A stretch of DNA of 63,604 nucleotides from Clostridiaceae bacterium (GCA_012520525.1 JAAYOA010000032.1:1-63604); one strand, 5' to 3'; counted from the first letter of the stretch, positions 18,944 to 29,915 are shown. Numbers and translations: made by a program. Notes: generated by a model not told the origin, from the sequence alone.

Positions 18944-21900
18944 TCAACCAATTATTTGTCCGGCTGTTTTACCGCCTACGGCGTAGGCTTTACCTCGCCG
19001 CAACGACCAAATCCACTGTTCCACATCCTCGTGACCAGTTGCCTGACGAATGGCTTCTCCATAGATATCCAGTTGAATCCGATAATTTTTCTCGAGTGTT
19101 TTTAAAACCTCTTCATCACTCCCATACAGAAAATCTGATTTATAGTCGACCAAGACAGCTCGATTTGGCTCGTCGAACCACAAATCAATCACCCCTTGAA
19201 CCAGTATGCGTTCTCTAGAATCGATGAGTGATAGGTTTTTAAAAACAGCCATTGGCTTTCTATACAACTGCTCTGCTGGCACAGCCAAAGTAAACGGAAT
19301 TTCTTTAAAAGAGCCGAATAGAGGTTGTCCTTTAATCCCGTCTGGATTTGTCTTTTCCAGTCTATATTGACGCTGTAATTGAGCTGATTTGACAGCTCGC
19401 TGAGCCAATTCAGACTGGGCAAAAGTTACTAAATTAGGTACATAACTATCTATCGCATGTACATTCCGGGCACTTAACTGCCCTCCTTGAACCATCATCT
19501 GAAGCTGTCGCTTGACGGCGGCTTCCACCCGTTCCGTACCCAAGCCATCGGCTTGCGCGGCTTCTAAATCCAACAATTGCAAACATGTGTGAAGAGCGGT
19601 ACCGAGGACAGTTCCGCCTAGGGGTTCTTGTCTGATATCAAGAACATCTTTCAATGACTCAAGGTTTAAGTTGATATTTCTATAGAGATTGTTTTCTGCC
19701 GCTGGCTGCCCCTCACCGTCATCTAATTCGGTCAATTGTTCAGTTGCAAGCTGACTTTGTCGTTTTAGCTCGGTAACAGTTAATTTTAACGGAAGCTGTT
19801 TGGAAAGCTGATCCTGTACGCCGTCGGTTCGCTGTGTCTTACTCTCTGCCTGTTTCACTTCAGCTAATGTCGATTGTAAAAGATCACGGGCCTGTTTCGT
19901 CGAAAGAGAAAGGTGACTCGATGAAGAATCCACTGTCTCAGCGCCGGACAATTGGGAATCAGTTTGTTGAGTAGACTCAATCGTTATGATCGGTGCATAT
20001 TTATCATCCGAACCAATGACCATCGTCTGTCCATTGGAATGGTAGTTAAAGGCATATCGAGCAGTCAACTGCTGCTCCACACTAATAGGTTCTCCCACAG
20101 GACAGTAACGACTTATGCGCCAAAATGATCGCCCCTCGGTGTCGATACGTTGTAGAGCACTTGGTAAATCAACGAGGGCTATATCTACAGCGTCTTCGGA
20201 ATTGGGATTATTTTTTTTATCATAGATATTAAACTCCTTGGCAGCATAAAGGGCACTGGCCGTTAAGTCGCTTCCTGTTTTCAAAGAAAGTAGGTCCCAT
20301 TCTTTTAATTCAAAAGGTTGATCTCCGCTCATTCCATTGCGCAATAAAATCAACTGTTCCAGATCCGCTCGCCGTTCTTCCCAAATTTTGCCAGAAAAAC
20401 AAAGATATAATTCTTCTTCTGCCCTGGTCATACCCACATAAAGTAGGCGCAGCCGCTCTGCAAATTCAGCCATTCGGTCTTCCTCGTTGATGACCGAATT
20501 TTGTAAAAGATCGAAATTATATTTTAATCCAAAAGTCTCAGTATAATATTTAGAGCTAATCCCGTACTTTTCAGAAACATTAATCTGTTTCTGGGAAGAG
20601 GGACGGTGCAATTTTATATCACCCATAATTATAATTGGAAATTCAAGACCTTTGGAGCCATGGATGGTCATCACATAGACTACATCCGGACGCTGTGCTA
20701 AATCAGTTTCCTCGCCGGTCGACGTCGTAATCTGGTCGCCAAACAGTGTCCATAACTTGGCAAGCCCCCTTATCGTTGGCTGCATCGTCTGCTCATATTG
20801 CCGCACAATTTCAAACAACTTCTGCAGACGGCCCAGTCTTTCCAACCCGTCTGGATGAACCAGCAACGTTTCACTAAATCCACTCTCTAAAAATATATCC
20901 TTTAAGATATCACTGCAGGCTTCTCTGTCGACACGACGGCGCAATTCGTCAACTGTGTCAACAAACAATGTTAATTTTGGCAGTAAACTTTTGACCCGTC
21001 TTCCTATGCGCTCGTCTGTTGAATATTGATTGTAATATTCAGGCACGAGTAATTGTCTCTTATAGTAAAGTGTCAGCACATCACTCCAAAAACACTTTTC
21101 CGAGCCAATCACCTCTGCATAAAAGTCGCCTGGAGAAATTAAATCAGATTTTTCTTTTTTTAAGGATTTAGCCAACTCTTTAATTAAGGCAAGATCTGTT
21201 TCATCAAACCCACAAGTTGTCAGAGGACTTGTCATAACGGTTATGAGGGCATGGTCCTGCAGTGGATTATCCAGCAAATTGACTACCGCCATAAATAAAC
21301 GTTGTTCATAATACTGAGGCCGGAAGCTTCTCTCTTTTGTCTGGCAGGGAATACCACAAGACGTCAAGGTTTCCACGACTTTTTGCACGTCTTTATTCGT
21401 GTCCATTAAAACACAAATATCCCTTAATTTTCGTCCCTCTCGCACGAGTTCGAAAACTTTTTGAGCAATTATGACTTCGGCTTGGCCCTTGTCTCTCAAA
21501 TCATCCAACAGAATCGTCAAGCGCGGAGTTCGTCCGGGTAACACTCTCGAGGGCGACGCATCTCTATCGATATAAGCGATCTCATCATAATCGATCTCTT
21601 CATCTTCATTCAGTTGGTCATCTTCAAGTTTAAATAGATGACCATTTTTGTAGTCGATCTGACTGTCTGCCCCACCCTGCATGAGTTCACTAAAAATCTG
21701 GTTAACCCCATTCAGAATATCACTGTCACTGCGAAAATTAACACTTAACTCAAAATACTTACCTTCAGTGTCATTATTTTTTAAAGCCATCACTTGATTC
21801 AGAAAAATCTCCGGTTTGGCGTGGCGGAATCGATAAATCGATTGTTTAATGTCACCCACGACAAACAAATTACCATCCTCCAACTCTTGAAGAATAGTCA

Positions 21901-23464
21901 TTTGAATGCCACTTGTATCTTGAAATTCGTCCACATAAATCTCATTGAAGAGGTTTTTATAATAAGCATTGACTTCATGATTGCGCACTAAGCACAGAGC
22001 CAATTGCTCCATATCACTAAAGTCCAAGAGTCCTAAATTATAGCGCCTCTTGGCAAACAATTCATCGACCTCCAAGACAAGATTAATAAAGCACGCCAAG
22101 GAAGGAGTCATTTCAGCAATGCGCTCACTCTCCACATCCCAATTGGTTGCAAGGATCGGCTGCATTTTGGAATATAAATACCTCTTGCGGTAGTTCTCTG
22201 TATTATATCTTCCACTGAGATGAAAAATAAATTCAGAAACCACCGTTCTCAACAAGTGGATTAATTGAGTCTTCTCTTCGGTATCAGTTTTAGCTGATCG
22301 CATAGTGGGTAAATCCGGCAATTTTGCAGCCAGGTTGTTTAGCTTTTCTATTAATTCCCTTCTCTCTTGACTTCTGACTTTCTCACCTGCAATCGCTGCA
22401 GCGGTCTCTTTACTGACGCCTGCGGCGATCTCCTCTTTAATTTTTTCAGCTGCAGCTTCGCAAATTTCTACAGGTCTCCGCTCTTTTTTGCTAAACTCCA
22501 CCAAATGATCAGAAACCTCATCTAAAGTTTCCTTGATACAATTCAGAGTCTCCCTTTGTTGGGCAATCTTTTTTCTATTATTCTTATTATTTTTGACTAA
22601 TGTAGCATCAGCGCTGTTAATGAGTTCGCCAAGCATACCTTTGATTTCCTGGTAACGCTCGGCTAACATAATCAGGCGATCAATACAGAATTTACCCGTT
22701 GCTGAGCCGTAAATATCCTCGCCAGCCGCCTTGGTCAGAGCCAAACAATCCTTACACCATTGACGATAATCCGGCAGGCTACGCAAGTGCTCGTAAAGAT
22801 TAATCAATGATAAGGCACAACTTTTACTATTGCCGTTATAGAAAAAGTACATCAAATCAGAAAAACCCTGTAGGTGTTCAGCATAAACCTCTTCTCCTTG
22901 ATCAGCAGCGGCAATGGCTTCGAAATGCCGTTGAAGCACATCGTCGATGACTTTTTTTAGCATCTCCTGTCGTTGACGATGATCAATAATGCGCGGATCA
23001 GATTTTAAAAGTGCCTTTTTGTGAGCAGGATTTTCATCAGCGGCGTCTTTTGACTCGACAAACCAAATGGATTCCAATAACAAATCACTAAACGTGTGGA
23101 TCGTCCTATTGCAGAAAGAGTGGAAACTTGAAATATAAGCTTGGGGCAGATATTCCAGCTGTTCGGTGAGATAGCGCTTATGGTCAGGATCGGACGTTCT
23201 GTCTATGGCATATCGTATTTTCTCTTCAATTTTCGACTTCATATTGGCGGCAGCGTTATTGGTAAACGTCAACACCAAGATGTTGCGAATATCAGTTTCT
23301 TGGTTATTGATACGTCGCGCTATGCGCTCGGTCATGACAAAGGTCTTACCTGTTCCAGCCGAAGCAGAAACCAAAATATTACTTACATCATGATTGATTA
23401 CTGCACCCTGTTCATTCGTGAGGTTTGATGTTTCATAGGTAGCTATATTCTTCTGCTCAGCCAT
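18944..23464 (-). CDS. addA: ATP-dependent helicase/nuclease subunit A (AddA/RexA), unusually long (1506 aa)
   Basis: UvrD-type motif I SASAGTGKT, later helicase motifs (VDEFQDTS, TIHGSKGLEF, YVGMTRA) and the C-terminal RecB nuclease motif GVIDLW...LVDYKSD. Overlaps the addB stop by 8 nt. Confidence 0.9.
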   Translation of the reverse strand: MAEQKNIATYETSNLTNEQGAVINHDVSNILVSASAGTGKTFVMTERIARRINNQETDIRNILVLTFTNNAAANMKSKIEEKIRYAIDRTSDPDHKRYLTEQLEYLPQAYISSFHSFCNRTIHTFSDLLLESIWFVESKDAADENPAHKKALLKSDPRIIDHRQRQEMLKKVIDDVLQRHFEAIAAADQGEEVYAEHLQGFSDLMYFFYNGNSKSCALSLINLYEHLRSLPDYRQWCKDCLALTKAAGEDIYGSATGKFCIDRLIMLAERYQEIKGMLGELINSADATLVKNNKNNRKKIAQQRETLNCIKETLDEVSDHLVEFSKKERRPVEICEAAAEKIKEEIAAGVSKETAAAIAGEKVRSQERRELIEKLNNLAAKLPDLPTMRSAKTDTEEKTQLIHLLRTVVSEFIFHLSGRYNTENYRKRYLYSKMQPILATNWDVESERIAEMTPSLACFINLVLEVDELFAKRRYNLGLLDFSDMEQLALCLVRNHEVNAYYKNLFNEIYVDEFQDTSGIQMTILQELEDGNLFVVGDIKQSIYRFRHAKPEIFLNQVMALKNNDTEGKYFELSVNFRSDSDILNGVNQIFSELMQGGADSQIDYKNGHLFKLEDDQLNEDEEIDYDEIAYIDRDASPSRVLPGRTPRLTILLDDLRDKGQAEVIIAQKVFELVREGRKLRDICVLMDTNKDVQKVVETLTSCGIPCQTKERSFRPQYYEQRLFMAVVNLLDNPLQDHALITVMTSPLTTCGFDETDLALIKELAKSLKKEKSDLISPGDFYAEVIGSEKCFWSDVLTLYYKRQLLVPEYYNQYSTDERIGRRVKSLLPKLTLFVDTVDELRRRVDREACSDILKDIFLESGFSETLLVHPDGLERLGRLQKLFEIVRQYEQTMQPTIRGLAKLWTLFGDQITTSTGEETDLAQRPDVVYVMTIHGSKGLEFPIIIMGDIKLHRPSSQKQINVSEKYGISSKYYTETFGLKYNFDLLQNSVINEEDRMAEFAERLRLLYVGMTRAEEELYLCFSGKIWEERRADLEQLILLRNGMSGDQPFELKEWDLLSLKTGSDLTASALYAAKEFNIYDKKNNPNSEDAVDIALVDLPSALQRIDTEGRSFWRISRYCPVGEPISVEQQLTARYAFNYHSNGQTMVIGSDDKYAPIITIESTQQTDSQLSGAETVDSSSSHLSLSTKQARDLLQSTLAEVKQAESKTQRTDGVQDQLSKQLPLKLTVTELKRQSQLATEQLTELDDGEGQPAAENNLYRNINLNLESLKDVLDIRQEPLGGTVLGTALHTCLQLLDLEAAQADGLGTERVEAAVKRQLQMMVQGGQLSARNVHAIDSYVPNLVTFAQSELAQRAVKSAQLQRQYRLEKTNPDGIKGQPLFGSFKEIPFTLAVPAEQLYRKPMAVFKNLSLIDSRERILVQGVIDLWFDEPNRAVLVDYKSDFLYGSDEEVLKTLEKNYRIQLDIYGEAIRQATGHEDVEQWIWSLRRGKAYAVGGKTAGQIIG

Positions 23465-26400
23465 GGTCTTCCTCCTCTGTATCGCAGGAAGTGTTCATAT
23501 GAATGACATCACTTGATTTTAGAACGATCGCCTGCCAATGTTCATTTTCAATCCGGCAAATCCCTTTATTTGCACAATACTCACACGGCGGTTTTTGAAG
23601 ACTACCCCTTGTATTTAGCAGACGCGTCGGATGAACATCAAAATGACCAGCCCGCAAGGCTGTTGCACGCTGAACGGCAGCTTCCTGTGCCACAGTCAAA
23701 AGATCATCCAATGTTATAGGTATTTTTTTTGAAAATTCATCAATCTTATCGACAAGAGACTGACCATTATATGATTTAATTAACCACATTTGGGCTCTCT
23801 CTTTACTCATCGGTCCAGTTATATTAAATCGGCTCGCCTCCTGCGATACTTTTTCTCTTGCTGCATTCAAACCTATGTAAACGGCATCTGTGGGTTGCTG
23901 TTCAGGATGTATTTCGTGCCACGCCTGGAGATAAATCGGCAACTGAAAATCTAGACCTGCTAGGATGCGTTCAACATCGGGTATTCGCTTGGATGTCTTG
24001 TAATCAATGACCTGGAACTGTGCAGTCATATTCTCATCTTCAAAGACATCGATCCGATCGATATTACCTCGAAGTTTCAGTGTTCCCTGTGTCATAGGAA
24101 AAACCAACGGAGCGACACCATCGGCACCAAAAGACCACTCCATATAGGATGTCTTAGTGCCTTTCCTTAAATTATTAACACTGCCAAATATGGTATTAGC
24201 AAGACGATTGGTTAGATCCCGTATTTCGCCGCAGCGGATATGAAATTGCTGGTAAGATTTCAGATCAAAGTTGTTCTCGATCTCCTGATCAATGGAAGTC
24301 TGCACCCAATCCATCAATTGGGAAAGATCATTTTGAGCTATCTCAGACATTTTTACGAAAGACGGGTCTTGTACCAGTTTCATAAAAGCCATTTCCAACA
24401 CTTTGTGATTTAATATGCCTGTGTTGAGAGGTGTAGGTTCCCCCATGTCTCGTTCTTTAGCGCCGAGAACATAATCGACATAATAAGCGTAGGGACAACC
24501 CGCGTACCTTTCAAGTCGACTCACACTCATCAAATCGTGGTGAGATTTTAAAATTACCTCAGGTATCTTAACACTGCGACACTGACCTAAATCTGGGATT
24601 GGCTCCTTCGATAGAGCTTGTTCAAACGCCTCAGGATCTAATAGGTATGTGCGTTTTATTATTTTTTTCCATTGCTTCGCAGCATCTGTGTTGAGAAATT
24701 TAGCTGCATCCTCTGTCCATTCGAGGTTAATTTCACCCCGGTTGACAGCAACGATAAAGTGACGCGCTTCATCTGGAATATATAGTCGAGGATCATCGAG
24801 GGTCTGAATAAAAGCAGCCAAATATTGACAATCCGTCCTACCAGTATATAGGGTTCGGTAGATATAAGACGGTTTCAAATGCCCGTTGAGTGAAAAATAA
24901 GTTCGCTCCCTTGGCTGGTCAATGAATTGACTCACAATAAAGCGATTGCGAACCATCTGATTTTCTCTGATATCAGGCAGCTCAATGGACAGCATTTTAT
25001 TGATTTGCTGGCGGTCCAAATCTTTGATCAAACTTTCTTTGACCCCTGAACTAGGAAAACTGTCCTGATCCATGCCCAAGATAAATAACACTTTGCAGGG
25101 ATTACCTATCATTTGCACCGACGACCCCACCATCACTTGATCCAGCAAAGAAGGCACTACTTCACTCTGCATGCGATCGATGCCAGAAAGGATAATCTGA
25201 TAAAAAGCTTCTAGATCGAGTTCTATATCCGCCCCTGTCTGAATTAACATACACAATATTTTGTAAATACCATTCCAAGATTTAGCAAGGAGTTCGGCTT
25301 CGGATTCTTGTCCGGCGCTCTGATATGCATCGAGCAGATCATTTACTTTGTTTTCAAGATCTAGCTCCTGCATGAAAACTAAGATTTTCTCTGCAAACTC
25401 ATCACAGGATCTGAGTGGAGCGATTGATTCCTCAAGTTTAAGAATGGGAGTCAAATATTGATCACGCCAGAGCATCAAAAACGAGGTCGATTGATCCTCC
25501 AAAGAATCATATCGCTCATCTTCCCAGATATTTTTATAACGAAGCCCCCTCTTGAGCCAGAAAGTTTCCAAAAGATCCACTTTTACCGCATCGGGACAGA
25601 CCAAGCGGTTGCGAAGATAAGTCAAGACATCATCTACCTGCCAGCCATTTCGTATAATTTGTAGTGCGCCTAGGATGATCCGCGGGACAGATTCCCGTAA
25701 CATCTCCCCTTCTAAATTTAAAAATACAGGTACATCCGCTAGGGCAAAAATTTGCCGAACCTCTCTATTTTTAAAATCACTTCGATTCAAAATAACAGAG
25801 ACATCACGATAGCGGTAACCCTCTTCTTCTACTAAACGAGCAATTTCACCGGCAGCCGCCCGCAATTCGATCTCGTGGGTTTCAGCCTGCCAAAATATTT
25901 GACGTTGATCGCTAAGCTCGACACTGGAAAAATACGCTTCATGTTCTACCTGTTCATTTGGCAAACGTTCGATTAAACCTTTGATCACTTTACTTGCTCC
26001 TGAAGCCACCGTGAAATCTGAAGCGAGCAGACGCGCCAAATTGGTTTCTTGATCGGCGTGAGAAAATACGGCCGACAACGTAGTAGATCGGCACAAACGG
26101 ATCAAACTTGTGACAATATCATATTCTATCGGTGTGAAGTTGCCGTATTCGGCAAATCCCGTCAGCCACAACTGGGTATCCGCTAAGCGACTGGCTAATC
26201 TTTTACACGCCAAAAATAACGTTTCTGATTGTTTGAAAAACTTTAATGTATTCAGATTTGCTTCAACGAAAGACGACAACTCGCGTATGTCTAGGAGATA
26301 ATTTAATAGTTGTCGTAATTTTTCTAACCATGTGTGAGGATCACTGAGGTCATGGCGCTGTAGAAATTTTTTATATGCACAGCCGATTAGTGCAAGATCT

Positions 26401-26861
26401 GCCATTTTTTTACGTAGATTTTCGTCATCTATTTTTATATTTTCAAGGGTTTCAAAATCAATATTGTGATTATTTAGCTCATCGATGATGTTGCTCAATT
26501 CTTGCACAAAATAGCGATTGTAACGTAGACCGCCATAATAGGTCAGAGTCTCGGCATTTTCATACATAATGCGGCGAATAATCATCGCGCTCAATTCTTT
26601 ATTTACTGTTAAATCGTTGAACAATCCCACTTCTGACAACAGTCTCATCGCTAAACGATTAAAGCTCAACACTTCAGCCATCATCAGTTGATCAGCCTGC
26701 TGTTCCAAAAGATATGACCGTTCGATCAAAACTTTACGATTCTCACGTACAATAATGAGCCCTCGCTGATTCGGCCATAGATCACTGTGACGTCTGACAT
26801 CTTGCAAAATGGCATTGGTTACAGTCTCCACGTTATTGCCATATATGATTTTTAGTGGCAC
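23457..26861 (-). CDS. addB: ATP-dependent helicase/nuclease subunit B (AddB/RexB)
   Basis: Start chosen at the GTG at 26861, 6 nt after GGAGG (VPLKIIYGNN...). C-terminal nuclease with Fe-S cysteines (GCPYAYY...PPCEYCANKGIC). The Walker A position is degenerate (YGNNVETV). Confidence 0.85.
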   Translation of the reverse strand: MPLKIIYGNNVETVTNAILQDVRRHSDLWPNQRGLIIVRENRKVLIERSYLLEQQADQLMMAEVLSFNRLAMRLLSEVGLFNDLTVNKELSAMIIRRIMYENAETLTYYGGLRYNRYFVQELSNIIDELNNHNIDFETLENIKIDDENLRKKMADLALIGCAYKKFLQRHDLSDPHTWLEKLRQLLNYLLDIRELSSFVEANLNTLKFFKQSETLFLACKRLASRLADTQLWLTGFAEYGNFTPIEYDIVTSLIRLCRSTTLSAVFSHADQETNLARLLASDFTVASGASKVIKGLIERLPNEQVEHEAYFSSVELSDQRQIFWQAETHEIELRAAAGEIARLVEEEGYRYRDVSVILNRSDFKNREVRQIFALADVPVFLNLEGEMLRESVPRIILGALQIIRNGWQVDDVLTYLRNRLVCPDAVKVDLLETFWLKRGLRYKNIWEDERYDSLEDQSTSFLMLWRDQYLTPILKLEESIAPLRSCDEFAEKILVFMQELDLENKVNDLLDAYQSAGQESEAELLAKSWNGIYKILCMLIQTGADIELDLEAFYQIILSGIDRMQSEVVPSLLDQVMVGSSVQMIGNPCKVLFILGMDQDSFPSSGVKESLIKDLDRQQINKMLSIELPDIRENQMVRNRFIVSQFIDQPRERTYFSLNGHLKPSYIYRTLYTGRTDCQYLAAFIQTLDDPRLYIPDEARHFIVAVNRGEINLEWTEDAAKFLNTDAAKQWKKIIKRTYLLDPEAFEQALSKEPIPDLGQCRSVKIPEVILKSHHDLMSVSRLERYAGCPYAYYVDYVLGAKERDMGEPTPLNTGILNHKVLEMAFMKLVQDPSFVKMSEIAQNDLSQLMDWVQTSIDQEIENNFDLKSYQQFHIRCGEIRDLTNRLANTIFGSVNNLRKGTKTSYMEWSFGADGVAPLVFPMTQGTLKLRGNIDRIDVFEDENMTAQFQVIDYKTSKRIPDVERILAGLDFQLPIYLQAWHEIHPEQQPTDAVYIGLNAAREKVSQEASRFNITGPMSKERAQMWLIKSYNGQSLVDKIDEFSKKIPITLDDLLTVAQEAAVQRATALRAGHFDVHPTRLLNTRGSLQKPPCEYCANKGICRIENEHWQAIVLKSSDVIHMNTSCDTEEEDHG

Positions 26862-26966
26862 AAAACACCTCCAAAATATGCCTGAATAAAACGCAAAGCT
26901 AGCGCCAGATGAGATCATAACACCGTTGTTCTCGGCAAAGATTTAACCACTTAATTGACTAACATT

Positions 26967-26997
26967 TTGTAAAAGAGATTGTTCATACTGAACAACC
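26967..26997 (-). terminator. putative terminator downstream of the acyl-AMP ligase gene
   Basis: Stem TTGTTCA-tac-TGAACAA, followed on the minus strand by CTCTTTTAC. Confidence 0.45.
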
Positions 26998-27054
26998 CCT
27001 TTTGCTAAAGTATACTTTTATAATGAAATCAGATAAAAATTTTGTAATCAAAGG

Positions 27055-27111
27055 ATCTCATTTTTGCAGTCACTAATCTCGTTTTTTCAGTCACTAATCT
27101 CGTTTTTGCAG
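27055..27111. repeat. about 2.7 tandem copies of a 21-bp unit spanning the ligase stop codon
   Basis: GCAGTCACTAATCTCGTTTTT (27066-27086) is followed by TCAGTCACTAATCTCGTTTTT (27087-27107), then GCAG. The stop codon (cta, 27094-27096) lies in copy 2. Confidence 0.9.
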
Positions 27112-28935
27112 CCGATTAATATTCATGCCATTGGCCTGTCGCACCGTCATGCCGGCAGCTTCTAATTTGTTGCGAATCACTTCGGACTCGATGTGTCGCC
27201 GTACTTTCATTGTCGTGGTGCGACTCATCTCTTCATCAGTGAAGACAAATTGTTTAATCATTTTGAACCGGGGCATTTTTTTATTAATGAACTGAATATA
27301 GCTCTCTAAATAAGTGCCGATGTCTTCATCGCTCTTGTCAGGAATTGGCAACTCCGACGGACGAATTTGTAACTGGGCACAGATGTCCACGGCATCACGG
27401 GCATTGCGTTCGCCCCAAACTATGGAATCAACAACACCAGGAATCATATTAAGATACATCTCAATTTCCTCGGGAAATGCTTTTTTCCCGTTGGTCAAGA
27501 CAATCATTGATTTGCTGCGACCGGTAATATGTAAACTGCCGGACTCATCGAGATAACCCAAATCGCCAGTGCGCAGCCAACCAGTATCGGTAATCACCTC
27601 GGCCGTCGCCTCTGGGTCCTTATAGTATCCAATCATCACACTGTCGGAACGTACAAGAATCTCCCCAGTAGGATCACCGTAAGAAACAGGATCGTCGATC
27701 ATCAATTCAACTTTGTCGAGGGGAGGACCTACGCTGCCGACGACATTATTAGACTTTGTGGTAACAGCAATGATCGGAGAGTGTTCCGTCAAACCATAAC
27801 CTTGATAAAATTCCACCCCGAAATCACTGAAAGTCTCAATCACTTCTTGATCTGTAGCCGCAGCACCTACAACAATCATGCGCAAAGCGCCACCCAAACC
27901 GTCTAAAACACTTCTAAACAAGCGACGGTTGGCATTGACACCGACAGAACGCATCGTTCGAGCAAGAGGTCTCATCAAATTAATCATATTGCGCTTGCCT
28001 GATTCATTGATCCCTTTGTCTACGCGCTTATAAATATTTTCGATTAAAAGGGGAACTGCGATGAGAATGTTGATGCTCCACTCCATGAGATTCGCCGCCA
28101 AGTGGCGCAATCCGTCATTCACACAAATGCAGCAGCCGTAATATAAGGGCGTCAACATACCGGCCGTGGTCTCAAATGTGTGATGAAGTGGCAACACCGA
28201 CAGCACCCTTTCTCCTGGGAAAGCCTCGATAGAACCGGTGGCCGACATGACATTGGCACAGAGGTTACGCATCGACAGCATGACCCCCTTTGCCATGCTG
28301 GTCGTCCCTGAAGTAAAAATCAAAGCGGCAGGCGCGTCCACATCAATTTCTTTCTGCTTAAAACTGTCATCTCCACCGGCTAACGCTGTGGCTCCCCTTT
28401 GACGGATATCCGAGTAGCGAATAAATCGCTTGTCGTCAGGAATTTTTAATTTTTTGTTTTTTGACTTCATCGTATCGATGCAAATAAAATATTTGATGTC
28501 TGAATTCTTGGCAGCTTCTACAACTTTCGGTAGCTGTTTAGGCGAAAAAAATATTGCCTCTACGTCGCTATAATTAAGTAAATTACCAATCTCAATAGAC
28601 GGTAATTTTGCATCAAAAGGAGCGATCACTCCTACACCGTTAGCTACAGCAAAATAAATAACTGCCCACTCGTAAGAATTTTCACTCAACAAACCAATAT
28701 GTTTATCTGATAAACCCATTTGTATCAGACCGGTGGCTAGACATTCGATTTCTTCTATAAACTCACCATAGGTCCGATAATGTACATGTGCACCGGGATC
28801 GCGTCGATACATATAAGCCAAGTGTGAGCCATAAGTGTCTGCCGTCTGGTGCAGCATTTCGAGCAATGTATTGAACTGACGCACTTCACCTGGTAAATAT
28901 CGACGTCCGGACATTCTTTTCATAAATGATCCCAT
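27094..28935 (-). CDS. AMP-forming long-chain acyl-CoA / acyl-ACP synthetase family ligase
   Basis: AMP-binding signature IFTSGTTSMAKGV, plus GYGLTE and TGDLGYLDE..L.ITGRSK. 613 aa. Confidence 0.85.
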   Translation of the reverse strand: MGSFMKRMSGRRYLPGEVRQFNTLLEMLHQTADTYGSHLAYMYRRDPGAHVHYRTYGEFIEEIECLATGLIQMGLSDKHIGLLSENSYEWAVIYFAVANGVGVIAPFDAKLPSIEIGNLLNYSDVEAIFFSPKQLPKVVEAAKNSDIKYFICIDTMKSKNKKLKIPDDKRFIRYSDIRQRGATALAGGDDSFKQKEIDVDAPAALIFTSGTTSMAKGVMLSMRNLCANVMSATGSIEAFPGERVLSVLPLHHTFETTAGMLTPLYYGCCICVNDGLRHLAANLMEWSINILIAVPLLIENIYKRVDKGINESGKRNMINLMRPLARTMRSVGVNANRRLFRSVLDGLGGALRMIVVGAAATDQEVIETFSDFGVEFYQGYGLTEHSPIIAVTTKSNNVVGSVGPPLDKVELMIDDPVSYGDPTGEILVRSDSVMIGYYKDPEATAEVITDTGWLRTGDLGYLDESGSLHITGRSKSMIVLTNGKKAFPEEIEMYLNMIPGVVDSIVWGERNARDAVDICAQLQIRPSELPIPDKSDEDIGTYLESYIQFINKKMPRFKMIKQFVFTDEEMSRTTTMKVRRHIESEVIRNKLEAAGMTVRQANGMNINRLQKRD

Positions 28936-29087
28936 CCTTTATTTAATGGATTGTCAATAATATATTAAATCAGCGGTGGTTCACTTTGAAACACCGTGCA
29001 AGTTCTCTATAATTAAAGAAATTCTAACACTTTGCAACTCAACCTGCAATTTATTACAATTGTGTACATGAGTTTAAGAACACCATA

Positions 29088-29840
29088 ATGAAAGCAGATT
29101 TTATGGGAAAAAATAAATCTAAATCACGGAAATCATACGAAGTGCAACCAACTAAACGCGGCTTTTTGGGCCGTTTTTATTACAAAGCCGGTATGTGGTT
29201 AACCCACCGAATGGTAGATCTTGAAGGCGTTGGTATGGAAAATATACCTACCGAAGTACCTTATATTATCGCTGCCAATCATGAAACATATGTCGATGGC
29301 ATGATTATCGCTTCCTTTTTACCCAAAAAACACTTTGAAGTGTTTTCCAGTTTGGCCGCCCAAGACTTGCTCACCGAGCACGGTCCGTTTGGTCATGTAA
29401 TTATGAAAGTCGGTCGAGGCATCCCCCTCAACCGAAAAGGCAATCCTGCACGCGGTCTGATTGCTGCTAAACAGCAGGTTGACAAGGGCAATATTCTGTT
29501 GGTTCATCCCGAAGGTACGCGATCCGTCGACGGGCGATTGGGCGAAATGCAGGACGGCGCGAGCTTTCTATCTATTAAAGCTAATGTACCGATGCTCCCA
29601 GTCTTTATTGATGGCGGGTATGAAGTCTTCAACCGTTATATGAAGTGGCCTAATGGACATGATAAAGAGAATAAAACCAAGCGCAAAGTTATCATCAACT
29701 TTGGCAAACCTTTTTTACCGGCTAATTATAAGTCTCCCAAAAAAATGACAGAAGACTTAACCGCTTGGATGAAAAATATGTTTCGTAATAAAAAAGTTCC
29801 GAGGACCTTCCCCAGTCCCACAGCTTTGCCCCAGGAATAA
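29088..29840 (+). CDS. PlsC-family lysophospholipid (1-acylglycerol-3-phosphate) acyltransferase
   Basis: Acyltransferase HX4D block (ANHETYVDG) and the PEGTRS block (HPEGTRSVDG). Confidence 0.8.
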   Translation: MKADFMGKNKSKSRKSYEVQPTKRGFLGRFYYKAGMWLTHRMVDLEGVGMENIPTEVPYIIAANHETYVDGMIIASFLPKKHFEVFSSLAAQDLLTEHGPFGHVIMKVGRGIPLNRKGNPARGLIAAKQQVDKGNILLVHPEGTRSVDGRLGEMQDGASFLSIKANVPMLPVFIDGGYEVFNRYMKWPNGHDKENKTKRKVIINFGKPFLPANYKSPKKMTEDLTAWMKNMFRNKKVPRTFPSPTALPQE

Positions 29841-29877
29841 TTAGTTTATAAAATAGACGATGAGACACTTTTAATTG

Positions 29878-29915
29878 GCAACGGTTGAGCTCAACCGTTG
29901 CTATTTTTATTTATT
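29878..29915 (+). terminator. rho-independent terminator after the acyltransferase (hairpin shared with the convergent ACP gene)
   Basis: Perfect 12-bp palindrome GCAACGGTTGAG/CTCAACCGTTGC followed by TATTTTTATTTATTT. Confidence 0.7.
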
